Source: Octopus vulgaris (taxonomy: Eukaryota). From it: 64,000 nt of DNA. Positions 41,154 through 55,102 of this stretch are shown piece after piece. Location: NCBI GenBank assembly GCA_951406725.2, contig OX597833.1:55862001-55926000 (forward strand). The letters run 5' to 3'. A program made the position numbers and the translations under genes. The notes under the pieces were generated by a model. That model searched no databases. It saw only the letters and a list, made by a program, of their open reading frames with translations, and was not told the origin of the DNA. The number at the start of each line of letters is the position of its first letter. Within the stretch, counting starts at the first letter, position 1.

Positions 41154-42399
41154 ACACATGCATTCACACACATGAACGCACGCACATGCACACAAGCGCA
41201 CATACCTACATGTAATGATAAAACTTGAACATGGATATATGCTTAGGCAAACACTGATGAGTGTGCTCTTGCAACACGTTTGTAAGTAAGTGCTTGCTTG
41301 TATGCGTGCGAAAGGCATTTATCGTTTTACATGTAACTAAATATAATGCTGAAGCATGCCTGCCCGCACCATATTGCGTAGCATGTTCTGTGGTGGCGCC
41401 ATATCATGTAACATCTCCTCTAAAGCCCATTACACACATGTAAAACACAGCATGAAGCAAACACCTGCTAGAAACAGAAACCAACTACCACACCACCATC
41501 TTAAATAAAGAAATAAAGAACAACACACGCTAAGATGATTCTGAGTCAACCCCCATCCTCCATCCTCCATCCTCCATCCCCCACCCTCCATCCTCCATCC
41601 TCCATCCCCATCTTCCCCACACCGCCACCAATAGTTTCTATGCTTAATCGAATTCAAGTAATTAAAAGTTGGTCATTATCTACCTCTTCCGTTTTCGATG
41701 AGGTCTAGTAATTTAGAAATCAGTTTTTTTCTCATTACTAAAAGTTCGATTTTAATCGATTAAATTAATTATAATTTATTGCCTTATTACATCAAATATT
41801 CCACCACCACCCCTTCCACCCCACCCCACACACACTTCAATATAAAGTTTTCATGCAACGGTCGTCCCTGCGTATTTTTCACCGGGGATTCTTTTAGCTA
41901 TCATAACACTCTATGTACTCAATGCTTATTTCCTAAAATCCTACATATTTCTCTAATCATCTAAGATCTTGTAGTACACAATTTAATCATGCTTCGCTAA
42001 AGAGGTTTAATAATGTCGAAACATGTCTAAAGTGCTCAGCGTACTGCTGAGAATCAGACACTTTCACGCTTCTGCATTTAATGGATTTCAGTGTATAAAA
42101 GTTTCGAAGTTATCCTCCTTGTCCTTTTTATTTTTTTTACCTGAGTTATTCATTAATATAAGAAGTATTTTCCTCACTGGTGTAATTTCAAACGAATAAA
42201 AATTCTTGTTTTGCCACTAAGTCAATCGTGCTACTGCATACCTTCCTGTTATATAATGTAGTTTTAAATATCCTAAAAAGACGAGATGGTCCCGGTTGGA
42301 ATGATAATAGGACAGGTGGATCTATTCTGATTTAGAGCTAAATAACACTGGAGTGCAATTTATTTGTCTTGACTAAAGACTTGTAGCTCATCGATATGC

Positions 42400-42437
<38 letters not shown>

Positions 42438-42536
42438 TGTATTATATGCCAGGAAATTTTGTATGCGTGTGTTCTACAGGTTCACCAGAAGTCAACTTTG
42501 ACACGTTCTTTGCACCAACTCGTACATATAGATAGT

Positions 42537-42626
<90 letters not shown>

Positions 42627-42627
42627 C

Positions 42628-42682
<55 letters not shown>

Positions 42683-44120
42683 CGTACAAACATACATGCA
42701 CACATATACATACACACATATACATACACTAAAGATGTTTATTTACGAGTTACGGAAGTGGAACAGAATTCCCAAGTTGTCGGAATGAAATAATATGCAA
42801 GTTAGATCAGCATTGCAACAATACATATTTATATAAGGCCATATGTAATAGGCATCTGTGATGAGTCACCTGTTCTGGAATCTCTCTATAAGCACACGCT
42901 ATGCTGAGTAAAGAGAGAGGGGGACGAGAGGGGAGTTCATCAACAGAAGTGAGCTAATACCTTGTCTGTTGGTACCTTCGTTTTGCTAACTGTTGGAGCA
43001 GAGGCCGCAGCTGATGTTGTTTGCTGATAACTGGCAATAACGAGGGTGATGAGAGGCAAGTGGGTTGACAAACCCGGGTTCAATGTTTCGTAAGGGTAGC
43101 TGTGTAGTCGATTAAACCGCTCTCAACCTCAGCGTATTATTGATGTTAAATTAGGTTCTAATCTGTAGAACCTAAAAGAGGTGGAAAAGCACAAACAGTC
43201 GGCCATGGAAGGGATTTTTAATCTTCTTCCTTCTTTGAGGACTGTGATGTATAACACATCTCACGGAAGATGATCCGCAAAATTTAGGAGACAAACTTCA
43301 TAGGACTACAAGATATTGATATATTTATGATTACCTTATGAAAAACAATAAGTAAATAAATAAGCAATAGACAGTTTTTCGAAATCAGTGACGGAAGTTA
43401 CTGGGAAAAACATTAAATAAGTATTTGCAAACAGGTCTCCCTTCATCAAAAACCGGTGATTGCCGTACGTTGACAAGGGGCAAATACCTCGAAACTGCAG
43501 TCCGTGCGTATCACTTAGGTTTACGAGAGAGGGATGACCTCCCTTTGCAAATACCATAAGGGGACAGAAAGAGTGCCTAAAGCCAGCTGGAGACGATGAT
43601 CTCCTGGGGCTACAAGCTACAGTAACACCCACCCTTAGTGGTTAGCCATATTGAGATGGCTAGTATACTTTACGTTAATAAGTAAATAAATATTCTGTTA
43701 TTCTCTTATGCGGTTTGGCCATGCGGCTGCGGTCATGCTGGAGCACCACCGTACCTTTGCTCCCTTTTCACGTCCCTCTTACGTGGCTGATTTCTTCGTG
43801 GTGGTGCGGTAAGAAATTAATCATGCATCGTATGACAAACACAGATGTAAGCTTTCTTTTGATTGGTCCACAATGGTCTCAGTAAATTTCTTGTGGACCA
43901 TCCAGACCTTGGTATGGATAACTGGTGGTCAACTTAGGGTCTAGGTCTAGGTCGTAGACCCTAGTTAGTACCAGGGAATAAGATATCAAACCCTGCCTTT
44001 TTGGTAAAAGAGAGGGCTAATCACCAACAGAACATGTAGCGTGTACACACACACACAGACACACACACACACATACATACACACACACACAAATGTGTGT
44101 GTATGTGTGTGTATGTATGC

Positions 44121-44153
<33 letters not shown>

Positions 44154-44165
44154 TGTATGTATGAA

Positions 44166-44490
44166 GGCGCGTGGCTTAGTGGTTAGGGCTTTTGGCTCAC
44201 GTTCGTAAGTTCGTGTGTTCAATTCTCGGCAACGCGCTGTGTCCTTGAGCAAGATACTTTATTTCACGTTGCTCCAGTCCACTCAGCTGGCAAAAAAAAT
44301 GAGTAGTACCTGTATTTCAAAGGGCCGGCCTTGTCACACTCTGTGTCACGCTGAATCTCCCCGAGAACTACTTTAAGGGTTCACGTGTCTGTGGAGTGCT
44401 CAACCACATGCACGTTAATTTTCACGAGCAAGCTGTTCCGTTGATCGTATCAGCTGGGACCCTCGTCGTCGTCGTAACCGACGGAGTGCT
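44166..44490 (+). mobile_element. SINE type D2 (head D with an alternative tail)
   Basis: GGCGCGTGGCTTAGTGGTTAGGG head, CCTTGAGCAAG core, tail ending GTAACCGACGGAGTGC. Confidence 0.85.
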
Positions 44491-45714
44491 CCTCATGTAT
44501 GAATAAGACTCCCTATTGCTTCGGATTCAAAATGTAAGCTAAAAGGGAATTTGTAGCTTTCGTATTTCCTTGTATACATTGATGGCGCAAATGTTGTTTT
44601 TCTAAACTCGGAAACAGAATGACGCGCGGTGATTTCATATGGTTTCAATTCGTCATAAAATTACTGTTGCATCTATTCTTAACATTTCACTTTCGCAAAA
44701 TGCTCTTATAAGAACGATGTATCACTTACTGATTTCATCAATTTGAACGATGTAAAATATCAAGTTAAATCTATCACGGGATTTGAGCTAAGAATCGTTT
44801 AATTACAAAATCTCCAGAACAGTAGTTCGGTCAAAACAAAAAGAAAAGGAAAGCCTATTCTTATTAAGTCTTTATATAACTTCTGATTTCAGTCTCTTCC
44901 AAAATTTCAAGTTTCATAGCTTAGGGCGTTTTTGCTACCTTTCTCTTTACATTTCGTGCAAACTCGAGACATTCAGGGGGAAAACTTAACCAACTATAAA
45001 ACATCGAAGGAGAATATATTTCTCTCACTTGTTTGGCTATACAGAAATAGGAATCAAGCTTCAAGTAATATAGATTACTGATGCCTCGTAAAATTATCAA
45101 ACTAAAAGATAAAATGAAAAGGAAATCATATGCAGGCACAAAAATGTTTACTTGATTCTGGAAAGTTACGAAATTTCTTTTTAAACTTTGAATACTAAAT
45201 AAATAAAAGGAAGAAGAAAATTAAAAATATAGAGTTTTCAGTGATGAAAGGGAAAAGGATTTTTATTTAGGAATTGAATTGCAAATAGTATCATTTTTCG
45301 AAAATATAGAATCCGCCAATACTGGCAATTAGACTTGAAGAATTGCCTTAATTTTCATTGGCCTCGGTCTTCAGAGCGTCAGAGAGATATTCTGTTTCAG
45401 GTTTAGAGGAATTCGTTCTTTCCAAATGGAGTTGTAACTGGTTTAATCGACAGATGTCGGAAGATAAGCAAACAAGAAAATAAACAAATAAATAAATAAA
45501 TAAATAAAGATGTACGTATGTAGGTAGGTGCGTGTGTAGGTAGGTGCGTATGTAGGTGTGTGTATATGTATGTAATGTTTGTATATATGCATACAAGTGT
45601 GCACGTATGTATGTATGTATGTATCTATGCATGCATACGAGTGTTTATTTAAGTATGCATGAAAATGTATTTAAAAGATAAGATAAAAGAGAGGAGGAAG
45701 AACGACAGGGATAG

Positions 45715-45990
45715 TGAGAGAGAGGAAGAGAGAGGGAGAGGAAGAGAGAGGGAGAGGAAGAGAGAGGGAGAGGAAGAGAGAGGGAGAGAAAGAAAGAGGG
45801 AGGGGAAGAGAGAGGGAGAGGAAGAGAGAGGGAGAGAAAGAGAGAGGGAGAGGAAGAGAGAGGGAGAGGAAGAGAGAGGGAGAGAAAGAAAGAGGGAGAG
45901 GAAGAGAGAGGGAGAGGAAGAGAGAGGGAGAGGAAGAGAGAGGGAGAGAAAGAGAGAGGGAGAGAAAGAGAGAAGGAGAGGAAGAGAAAG
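45715..45990. repeat. Polypurine minisatellite (GAGGAAGAGAGAGGGA-type units)
   Basis: Directly visible. Confidence 0.9.
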
Positions 45991-46950
45991 ATAATTAATA
46001 CAACTAGAACAAAATGAGTTATAGTTTACTTCCAAAGGCAAATTAATCATTGTTGCGTAAGATTCTTATAAAATATTTATTTGATTAATAAAAAAAAAAT
46101 TGCGCTAATTTTCTTTAGGCTTAAAAACAGACAGCGACGCTTTGGTATTTAACAGAGATATGTATATGTATATCATATTTTAGGAACATATTTTACTTTT
46201 CGTTTTTATTTTCGCGAGAAGTTGGGCTGAAGACTGAAAGAGAGATAGCGATAGCCAATCAGCTGCAAGATTTAGTCTACAGCCTTGTAACTACCTTCTC
46301 ATATATGCAGCCAAAACTTTTCCAAAAGAGTATATATATACCTCACCTCAGGTGCTTGCTTACAGTGACTATAGATGTACAAAGAGCTGCTGCAATAGAA
46401 AAGAGAAGAAAAAAGAAATAAACCCACACATATATACAAATATGTATATGAGAGATTCTAAATTCTGAGAAGTGTGGGGGAAAGAAGGCGAAAAATATAT
46501 ATATTGACATACACACATACATTCTTCATACATACACACATACATACATACATACATACATACATACATACATACATACATACATACATACATACATACA
46601 TACATACATACGTACGTACATGCATACATAAATACATACATACATACGTACATATATGCATACATACATACGTACATATATGCATACATACATACATACA
46701 TACATACATACATACATACGTACGTACGTACGTACGTACATACATACATACGTACATACATACATACATACATACATACATACATACATACATACATACA
46801 TACATACATACATACACACATACATAAAAGTACATACACACACACATACATATACATAACAAATAACTCGGTAAATATCAAGGTAAAAAAATGTACATAT
46901 ATACACATACACATAGCACATTTTTTATCGATGTAGACATACATCCAACC

Positions 46951-47031
<81 letters not shown>

Positions 47032-48011
47032 AGAGAAAAGATAGAAAGAGAGGGAGAGAGAAACCTGAATGACGTTTGTTTTTTTTTGAACGGGAAAACG
47101 ACGGACTGGTTACTTTAAGGGAACTGTACATATTTTATTAGAAACTAAAGCTTCTTAAATCGTAGCAATCGAAATGTTTCACGTTTCCGATTATCCAAAC
47201 GATCAGTGGAGGTATAAATAAGAGATAGAGAAAAGAATCTGAAGAAGTTCTAATCTTGTTAGAAACTGAAATAAAAACTATTGACAACAGAGAAACGTTT
47301 GTGTTAAGAGGAACGTTACAAACACCATCAATAACATTTAACACTCGAATAAAGTAAATTTAGCTGGTAATTGTCGTCTAAATTGATAACCAATGCTTCA
47401 AGGAACTTATTAAGAAGATGATATGGTTCTAACGTATGCAGAAAGCTAAAGCCTTTATGGGTGAGAGAAAGAAAAGAATTGCATATGTCGACTTGTACGT
47501 TATTTTATCGACTTTGAAGGATGAAAAATGAAGTCGATTTTATTCTGACGTAATGTAAGCTCAGCTGTAAAGGTTCGTAACAAAAATATCGTCACTCACT
47601 CTATATGTGGTTAAATACATCAGCCATGATGTATGCCACTATCTCGGGAGCGTAGACGTTTCTCCTTTAGTGAACCATAGTTTTACTTGAAATTACTTAC
47701 AAGATTAGGAACGTTTCTGTCTACTTCTTATCTGTTCCTTTAATCTTCCGTCTATCCAGTCACCTAAATAAATGCATCTGTATCTATCTCTATGGTTGAG
47801 TGCAAGCGTGCATGTCTGTATGGGTGTATATAGATAAATGATATGTGAATGCGTGCGCGCGCGTATGTGTGTGTGTTTGTGTGTGCATGTGTATACACAC
47901 ATACACACACAATTTCTTTAATTCTATGCCCAAACTTAAACTTGGTAGTATATAATAATACTACAGGATAGGACTAGGCAATTCTGAAGGTGGACGAGTG
48001 TATATATATAT

Positions 48012-48670
48012 ACTCTTTACTCTTTTACTTGTTTCAGTCATGTGAGTGTAGCCATGCTGGAGCACCGCCTTTAGTCGAGCAAATCGACCCCAGGATTTAT
48101 TCTTTGTAAGCCTAGTACTTATTCTATCGCTCTCTTTTGCCGAACCGCTAAGTTACGGGGACTGGCGATGTGGAGTAGGTGGGACAAACACAGACACAAA
48201 ACACACAGACATATACACACACATACATATATATATATATACATATATACGATGGGCTTTTTTCAGTTTCCATCTACCAAATCCACTCACAAGTGTGGTA
48301 AGTATCTTGCTTCCCAACCATATGGTTCTGGGTTCAGTCCCACTGCGTGACACCTTGGGCAAGTGTATTCTTCTATAGCATCAGGCCGACTAAAGCCTTG
48401 TGAGTGGATTTGGTAGACGGAAACTGAAAGAAGCCCGTCATATATATGTATGTGTGTGTGTGTATTTGTGTGTCTGTGTTTGTTACCCCAACATCGCTTG
48501 ACAACCGATGCTGGTGTGTTTACGTCCCCGTTACTTAGCAGTTCGGCAAAAGAGAGACCGATAGAATAAGTACTAGGCTTACAAAGAATAAGTCCAGGGT
48601 TCGATTTGCTCGACTAAAACCGGTGCTCCAGCATGGCCGCAGTCAAATAACTGAAACAAGTAAAAGAAAG
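48012..48670. mobile_element. Head-to-head inverted pair of SINE family A (48012-48292 on -, 48293-48670 on +)
   Basis: Abrupt switch at CCACTCACAA|GTGTGGTAAG. Confidence 0.88.
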
Positions 48671-48944
48671 AAATTTGGTGGTAAGTGATAATCAACCGAA
48701 TATTCAGAAGTACAATATCTATAATTTATATATGTATATTTATATATCAACCTCCCTGGCCTTTAAAACATAGAAAGCGAAGGGACATAACTACCGACTG
48801 CAAGCCATAATATTGTCATCTCTCGACTGATTCTGACGTTCATCAAAGCAACAGATAATATAGAGAGAGAGGGCAGTTATGTTGAAGAGTAGTCTCCCTT
48901 AGAAATATCTGCTTTCTATACAACCTACTAGCTTGAGTTGTTTA

Positions 48945-49257
48945 CAGTAATCTTTCCAAAACACCCCGCGATAGGTAAAAATCCGCGAAGTAGAAACAGT
49001 ACTGTACTGTACGTTTTTTTTGTTGTTATTTTTATAATTTGTATATATTTATTTTATTATAAGCAACAATAAATCTCTGAACGAGGAATAAACAGTGTTT
49101 TATTCTAAATGCAAAATAACACCGCGGAGCAATCGACGTAAGCTTAAATAATAAACCGCGATAGGTAAACCGCGATAGGTAAACCGCGATAGGTAAACCG
49201 CGATAGCTAAACCGCGATAGCTAAACCGCGATATGGCGAGAGTTTACGAGTTTACTG
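48945..49257. mobile_element. pogo/Tigger-like MITE with TA TSD and an internal 14-bp tandem repeat
   Basis: TA|CAGTAA...TTACTG|TA; (AAACCGCGATAGGT)-type unit about 6 times at 49153-49232. Confidence 0.65.
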
Positions 49258-49351
49258 TATTCCTTCTATTGCTTTTATCTGTTATCGTTCTTATGAACGT
49301 TGTTTATTGTTTGGATATCATGAAATATAATTTTTTGAAAAGAAATAATAG

Positions 49352-49506
49352 ATGCAGCCATGGCTATGTGATTAACAAACTCGCTTTACGATCAAGCAGT
49401 TTAGGGTTCAGTCTGTCTACGAAGCACCTTGCAAAATGTTTTCTAAATGCCACCTCGAGTCGACAAATGCCTTGTGAATGAATCTGGAAACTGTGTGGAA
49501 GCTTGC

Positions 49507-49549
<43 letters not shown>

Positions 49550-49557
49550 GTGTGTTT

Positions 49558-49600
<43 letters not shown>

Positions 49601-49660
49601 TCTTTTTCTCTCTGTTTGTCCCACCTTAGCCGTCTGACAACCGCTGTTGGTTTGTTTACA
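49352..49660 (+). mobile_element. Old diverged SINE family A copy
   Basis: TGGCTATGTGATTAA...GCCTTGTGAATGAATCTGG...GACAACCGCTGTTGG. Confidence 0.65.
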
Positions 49661-49759
49661 GGAAAAATACATTAGGCAGTCCTAGGTGAAATGTTCATGA
49701 ATAGAATCCCTATCTGATCGATTAAGGATGATTTGGAGCTTTAAAATAAAAAGACTGGA

Positions 49760-50700
49760 TTTAAGTCATGTTTTGAACTTTACACAAGTTGCGCATGTTT
49801 TTGTTGTCCAACTTGCAAACAGGATTATTGTAGAAGACGGACTGTGAACTTCAACTTGACATGGTTATTGGTCAGATATTTAATATTAGTAATTATAGAA
49901 AATTTAAAGCCCTATAACAATGATGTTGAAACTGTAGAACTCGAATTAACCAACCATAAAATTTTCCTTTTCCAAGACTTTAAACTAAAGAAGTAATACC
50001 TGTTGGCTTTGTAATTAGCAATAAAGATTGTTTTGTTTATTTGTTTTGTTTTATGCGTGCGTGATTTAATACAGTTTTTTTTAAAGATATTTGATAGGTA
50101 TCTTTTCTTTGCTGATTTGCCGAAGTGTATTCTTCGAAATATAATCCTTGGTCTAAAAATATCTTCTTTTAGTTGATTTTATAATCATATACCAGTAAAT
50201 GGAACAGATACATGCACATAGTTTTGTTGATATATTTTACCCTCTTAGTTTGAAGTGAAATGCCTTGAACTTTGTATATAGTCTAGTTATGTAATTATAT
50301 ATCATTAATATCAGAATGCATGTAAACATATATTGTTTTAAACAAGAAAGGAAAGCGGTCAATGAATTTGATACATTTGCTCTGGATCACAAACTCCATC
50401 TTAATTATCACATAAAGTTATCAGTACTATTGGACAAAGGTTCAATCCATACTATAAAAGTTAGTTTCTAACTTATTTGCCAAGTTATTTTGTTCGTGTT
50501 CAGACAACTTCAGTCAAATCCTGAACTTCGGTAAATCTTGCAAACATCAACTGTTCCTCTTGGAAATTCTTAAACCAGTCGTTTCTCTTCTGAAGTTTCA
50601 GTAACATTTACCAAATGCATCAACTGTTTTAGGTGCAAACTGAAAAATTGTAATTAGGACGCATACGATATTACAAACACTGAAGTATTTTTTGCCACAG
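49760..50700 (-). pseudogene. Heavily decayed mariner-like transposase
   Basis: Frameshifted fragments KTVDAFG.., DWFKNFQ, QDLPK, WYMIIKSTKRR and FYNNPVCKL occur in the order of mariner motifs (WFxxF..EDxPRSG, KWIxYDNxKRKR, FYxxGIxKL). Confidence 0.35.
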
Positions 50701-50825
50701 AAATTCTTCTTTTCGTGGATTTCTTACAGCGTATTTACTTAATCTAGAAAATTAGCCCCAAGACACAATTGCAATTTGTTTCATTGACATTCTAAATGCT
50801 TTATAATCAACAACGAAGCTCGTTG

Positions 50826-51273
50826 ATAACATTGGTCTTCTTTGCTGATGAAGATCTGATCATTTACGTATTGGACTTCGTTAATATTTTGATTATAATA
50901 ATAGTATAATAATTAATATTTTAGTTACAAAATAAGAATAAAGGGATTACCATCTTGGAAAATTTATTGGGAAAATAATGTTAGGAACCAATCTTTGAGC
51001 TCTCTACCTTCAGAAGTGATCACCAGGTAGACAGCTCAAAGATTGGTTTCAACATTATTTTTCCCAATAAATTTTCCAAATTGGTAATCTCTTTATTCTA
51101 TTTTGTAACTAAAATATTAATTATTATACTATTATTATAATCAAAATATTAACAAATTCCAATACGTAAATGACCAGATCTTCAACAACAAAGAAAACCA
51201 ATGTTATTAGAATATCATTGAATTTGATGTTTGGAAGCTTGATCACAAATTCAATGATATTCTAATAACATTG
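50826..51273. repeat. Long inverted repeat (~183-bp arms, 15-nt loop) overlapping a second perfect 28-bp inverted repeat
   Basis: 50826-51009 vs 51025-51207; 51199-51226 vs 51246-51273. Confidence 0.9.
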
Positions 51274-52576
51274 TATGAGAGGCTAAACTAAAACTTATGA
51301 CCCAGTAACAAACTTAGGAAATTTCTCTGATAAAATTATCTTGTACGAGCTACATGTTTTGTATTTAATTCAGCATTCTAACGTGTCTGGGTATTTATTT
51401 TTTCCCGTTTATACTACCAATCTACCAATTCGTTATCGGCATTCCTGACTATTTAAACATATCCGTAGGATTATTTGTACAGAATGAGAACATCTTATTC
51501 TACTTTTTTTGTTATCAGGCTTCATACTGTTTTGTTCGTTCAGTGTAGTTTTCCTTTCTGTTTTTGTCAGTAGTTCTATCAATCTTTCGATGGCGTTTCC
51601 ATCACCTACAGCTTCCCTACTGATACAGTATTAACTTTGTTCTGTCTTCAGTCATGTAGATAACACTGCGATAAAAATCAACGCAATTCCTTAAAAAGTT
51701 TGACAAGAAACGTTTCTAAATATATTTAAGAACAGACATTTTTCTCTTTGATGTAACACAGTTAGGTAAACGTCTTGTGACTAATAGTTTTTACTAGTAT
51801 ATTATTTCGCTGATGACAACTTACTTATAGTTTGGAAGTTTACTCTTGCAAAAGACTGGCATCTGGAGATTCCAAATAGCTATGATGGCTTTTCCTTGAG
51901 TCATAGTTAATGAGTAAGCAATGTCTTATTGTCTTAAGGATGGATGAAAGCAAGTATGGATGTTTAACGTGTAGCTGGATGATTAACTAATTGCCTTTGC
52001 TATATTTAGCTTTGTTGAACAACTGCCAACAAAATCGGAGTTGTTCTATAATAGACTAGAATCGTCTGTTGATGATTAGACAACAGTAACTTCTTTCGAG
52101 TGTTGAACCTTATTAGAAAGTTTTATTTTTTTTTTGTTTTTAAGTGAAGGCTATATTATGATATTATGTTTGAAGAATGTAATCTCTGCAATTTTGTCTC
52201 TAAGAATCCTAGCTATTTTAAGATAGCAGCACAACATTCGTTGTTACAACAAAGAGAGCCGTTGATTTACGTGTATAAAATTAAACCTTAAATCTGTATT
52301 ACATAAAACAGATTTTACTTCAAATAATCGTAAATCTTCTCTCCTTTTCAATTTGGTTTTATTTATATTCTTTAATTAAATAATGAGCTAGTCTCCAATA
52401 ACAGAAACCATGTTTCCTCACCGGGTTTTAGACAATAGTACCCACTATACAACTCGTGTCTTTTTACTGTTTCAGTCATGGAATGTGTTTACGTCTACCT
52501 ATGCTTGTATATAAGTTAGACTGTGTAGCTATCAATAAATGTGTAGATGTACTTAATGTCTTAATCTATGTATATA

Positions 52577-52717
52577 TTAGGTTGTCCCAAAAGTTCGTAA
52601 ACACTTGCGAAATTTGAATTTTTACTCGCCAAGTACTAACAAAAACAACAAAAATTATTCCTCAAAATAAAGACCATTATTTTCCAAGACTTTCTACGAA
52701 CTTTTGGGACAACCTTA
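52577..52717. mobile_element. 141-bp mariner-type MITE
   Basis: TA|TTAGGTTGTCCCAAAAGTTCGTA ... TACGAACTTTTGGGACAACCTTA|TA; 23-bp TIRs with 1 mismatch. Confidence 0.88.
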
Positions 52718-53044
52718 TAATCCTGATTCTTTCCCCTTAATCTCAATCTTATTCTGGGACTGAGTAAAACGACCATGGTCAGTCAAAACCGTTAAGGCGT
52801 CTAGTAATGGTGACATGAAAAATCACACAATATCATCTCTCCTATCTCTTAAAATAAGTCTCTTTTTTTAGATGTCGTACAACATCAAATATCTGTGTTC
52901 AAGAGTGTATGGTCCTTCTATGGAATTCAGATGGAGAACTTTTGAAAAATCGTCACTGTTCCAATGATTGGCTGTTCGATCAATAAAAGTTTAAAGGATA
53001 CGCACTCTCTCTCTCCCCTTCCCTCCCCCTCTCTCTCTCTAGCC

Positions 53045-53122
<78 letters not shown>

Positions 53123-53130
53123 AAATAAAT

Positions 53131-53371
53131 ACGCCCTTTTAAAGCCTAGCCAGACTCATGGGCCCGGTTCCCCGGTTTCCATGGCGTATGTATTCCGTAG
53201 CTGTTTGGGACGCCAGTCCATCGCAGTGTTACTCATTTTTGCCAGCTGAGTGGACTGGAGCAACGTGAAAATGAAGTGTTTTGCTCAAGAACACAACGCG
53301 TCGCCCGGCCCAGGAATCGAAACCACAATCTTACGATCATTGTGCTGACACCCTAACCACTAAGCCACGCG

Positions 53372-53375
<4 letters not shown>
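53131..53375 (-). mobile_element. SINE type D1
   Basis: Closely similar to 38660-38905. Confidence 0.85.
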
Positions 53376-53412
<37 letters not shown>

Positions 53413-53428
53413 TACATACATACATACA

Positions 53429-53464
<36 letters not shown>

Positions 53465-53469
53465 TACAA

Positions 53470-53702
53470 GGCGGCGTGCTGGCAGAAACTGTTAGCACGC
53501 CGGGCGAAATGCCTTGCCGTATTTCGTCTGCCGTTACGTTCCTGAGTTCAAATTCCGCCGAGGTCGACTTTGCCTTTCATCCTTTCGGGGTCGATAAATT
53601 AAGTACCAGTTACGCATTGGGGGTCGATGTAATCGACTCAATCCGTTTGTCTGTCCTTGTTTGTCCCTTCTGTGTTTAGCCCCTTGTGGGTAGTAAAGAA
53701 AT
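53470..53702 (+). mobile_element. Full-length monomeric SINE family B
   Basis: GGCGGCGTGCTGGCAGAAACTGTTAGC A box, GAGTTCAAATTCC B box, GCCTTTCATCCTTTCGGGGTCGATAAATTAAGTACCAG central domain. Confidence 0.9.
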
Positions 53703-54447
53703 ATATATCCATACATACATACATACATACATACATACATACATACATACATGCGTGCATGCATGTATCCATACATTCATGCACAAATACATACAATATA
53801 CATACACCCATTCCTATATGTATGTATGCTGCATGTATTATGTGCGTGCGTGCGTGTGCGCGCGCATCTGCATCTGCGCGTGCGCATGTTATTCATATTT
53901 ATATGAACACGAGGGTGTTTATGTATACTTGTCATTACGTTTGCACCTTACTATTTTACTCGGCCACATAATCAAAAGTCAATCAGAACATGCACTTCGC
54001 TGGCTAGGCAAGGAGAGCAGCGGAGTCTGCCTGAATTGAAATCAATAATACGAATCAAGTAATCGATCTAGCATTTGGAGAATCAGAATATAACAAAACT
54101 TTGTAATTTATATTTTTGCTTTGGTTACTAATAAGCAAGGATTGAACTGTTAAATATGTGCTTATATTCTTTTAAACAAAACTTGTGTGTGTGTGTGTGC
54201 AGACGCACAAAAAGAAATAAAGAGAATGCTATGAGGTAAAAAGACCAGCAGTAGAAACGTTCAATGTTCGTATTCTTCCACCAGTATTTTGTCCTGTCCG
54301 TAACCGAGATAAGATTGCTTCAGACACTTCTCTATTGAAACAACCCCACTGAGCATTTCTTTTACGTACAGTACTAAGAAGAGAGACTGGATCCAATTAG
54401 CTCCCATCATCCAGAAATTGATAAACGCTACTACCTTTTGATCAATA

Positions 54448-54843
54448 TCTCTCTATATATAAAGCTGAAGTTGTCTGTGCATGGCAGGTTTAGTAGCTTT
54501 CAACTAACACTATCTCCTCCGAGACCCTGCGGCGCAAGTTGACCAAAATTGAGAGTATGATAGAAGAAGGCTTGCTCTTCCTTCTGTAGAAGAAAAAATT
54601 CAAATCGGACCATGTTAACACCAAAAATTATTTACATCAAAAAGGTGCTATTTTTTTTCTATGAAAATCCCTATTTTTTACGATTTTTTTGACTGCATTG
54701 TCACCATTTTTCGGTGTATTTCAACCAGAAAAATGTTCACTTAAAGAGAATAACAAGCTACATAATGCAAAATTTTTACTTTTCAAAAATTCCAGTTCTA
54801 AAGGGTCGGAACAAACCCAAGCAACGCCGGGCGATACTGCTTG
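54448..54843 (+). mobile_element. Non-autonomous Helitron
   Basis: A|TCTCTCTATATATAAA 5' end; subterminal hairpin CCCAAGCAACGCCGGG then CTTG|T (CTAG variant). Confidence 0.75.
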
Positions 54844-54887
54844 TCTTTGATACTTAAAGCTTCATGATAATTTTCTGTATGAGAAAT

Positions 54888-55102
54888 TCTTTACTACTCT
54901 AGGCACAAGGCCCGAAAAGTTGGTGGGAGGAGGCCAGTCGATTAGATCGACCACAGAATGTAACTGGTACATAATTTATCGACCCCGAAAGAATAAAAGG
55001 CAAAGACGACCTCGGCGGAATTTAAACTCAGAACGTAAAGACAGACGAAATGCTGCTAAGCAAATCGCCCGGCGTGCTAACGATTCTGCCAGCTCGCCCG
55101 CC
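54888..55102 (-). mobile_element. SINE family B
   Basis: Family match. Confidence 0.85.

Noticed and set aside
41248-41282. CTGATGA followed by a GTGT/ACAC hairpin
   Set aside because: No GAAA or stem III follows
42960-43170. Possible minus-strand exon with acceptor- and donor-like sites
   Set aside because: All three frames contain stops between the sites
45029-45101. Possible minus-strand exon LIILRGISNLYYLKLDSYFCIAKQ
   Set aside because: Good acceptor, but its phase-0 end does not join the phase-1 exon at 40039, and there is no recognisable homology
49153-49232. Regular 14-bp repeat as a possible CRISPR array
   Set aside because: No spacers, eukaryotic context, and internal to a MITE
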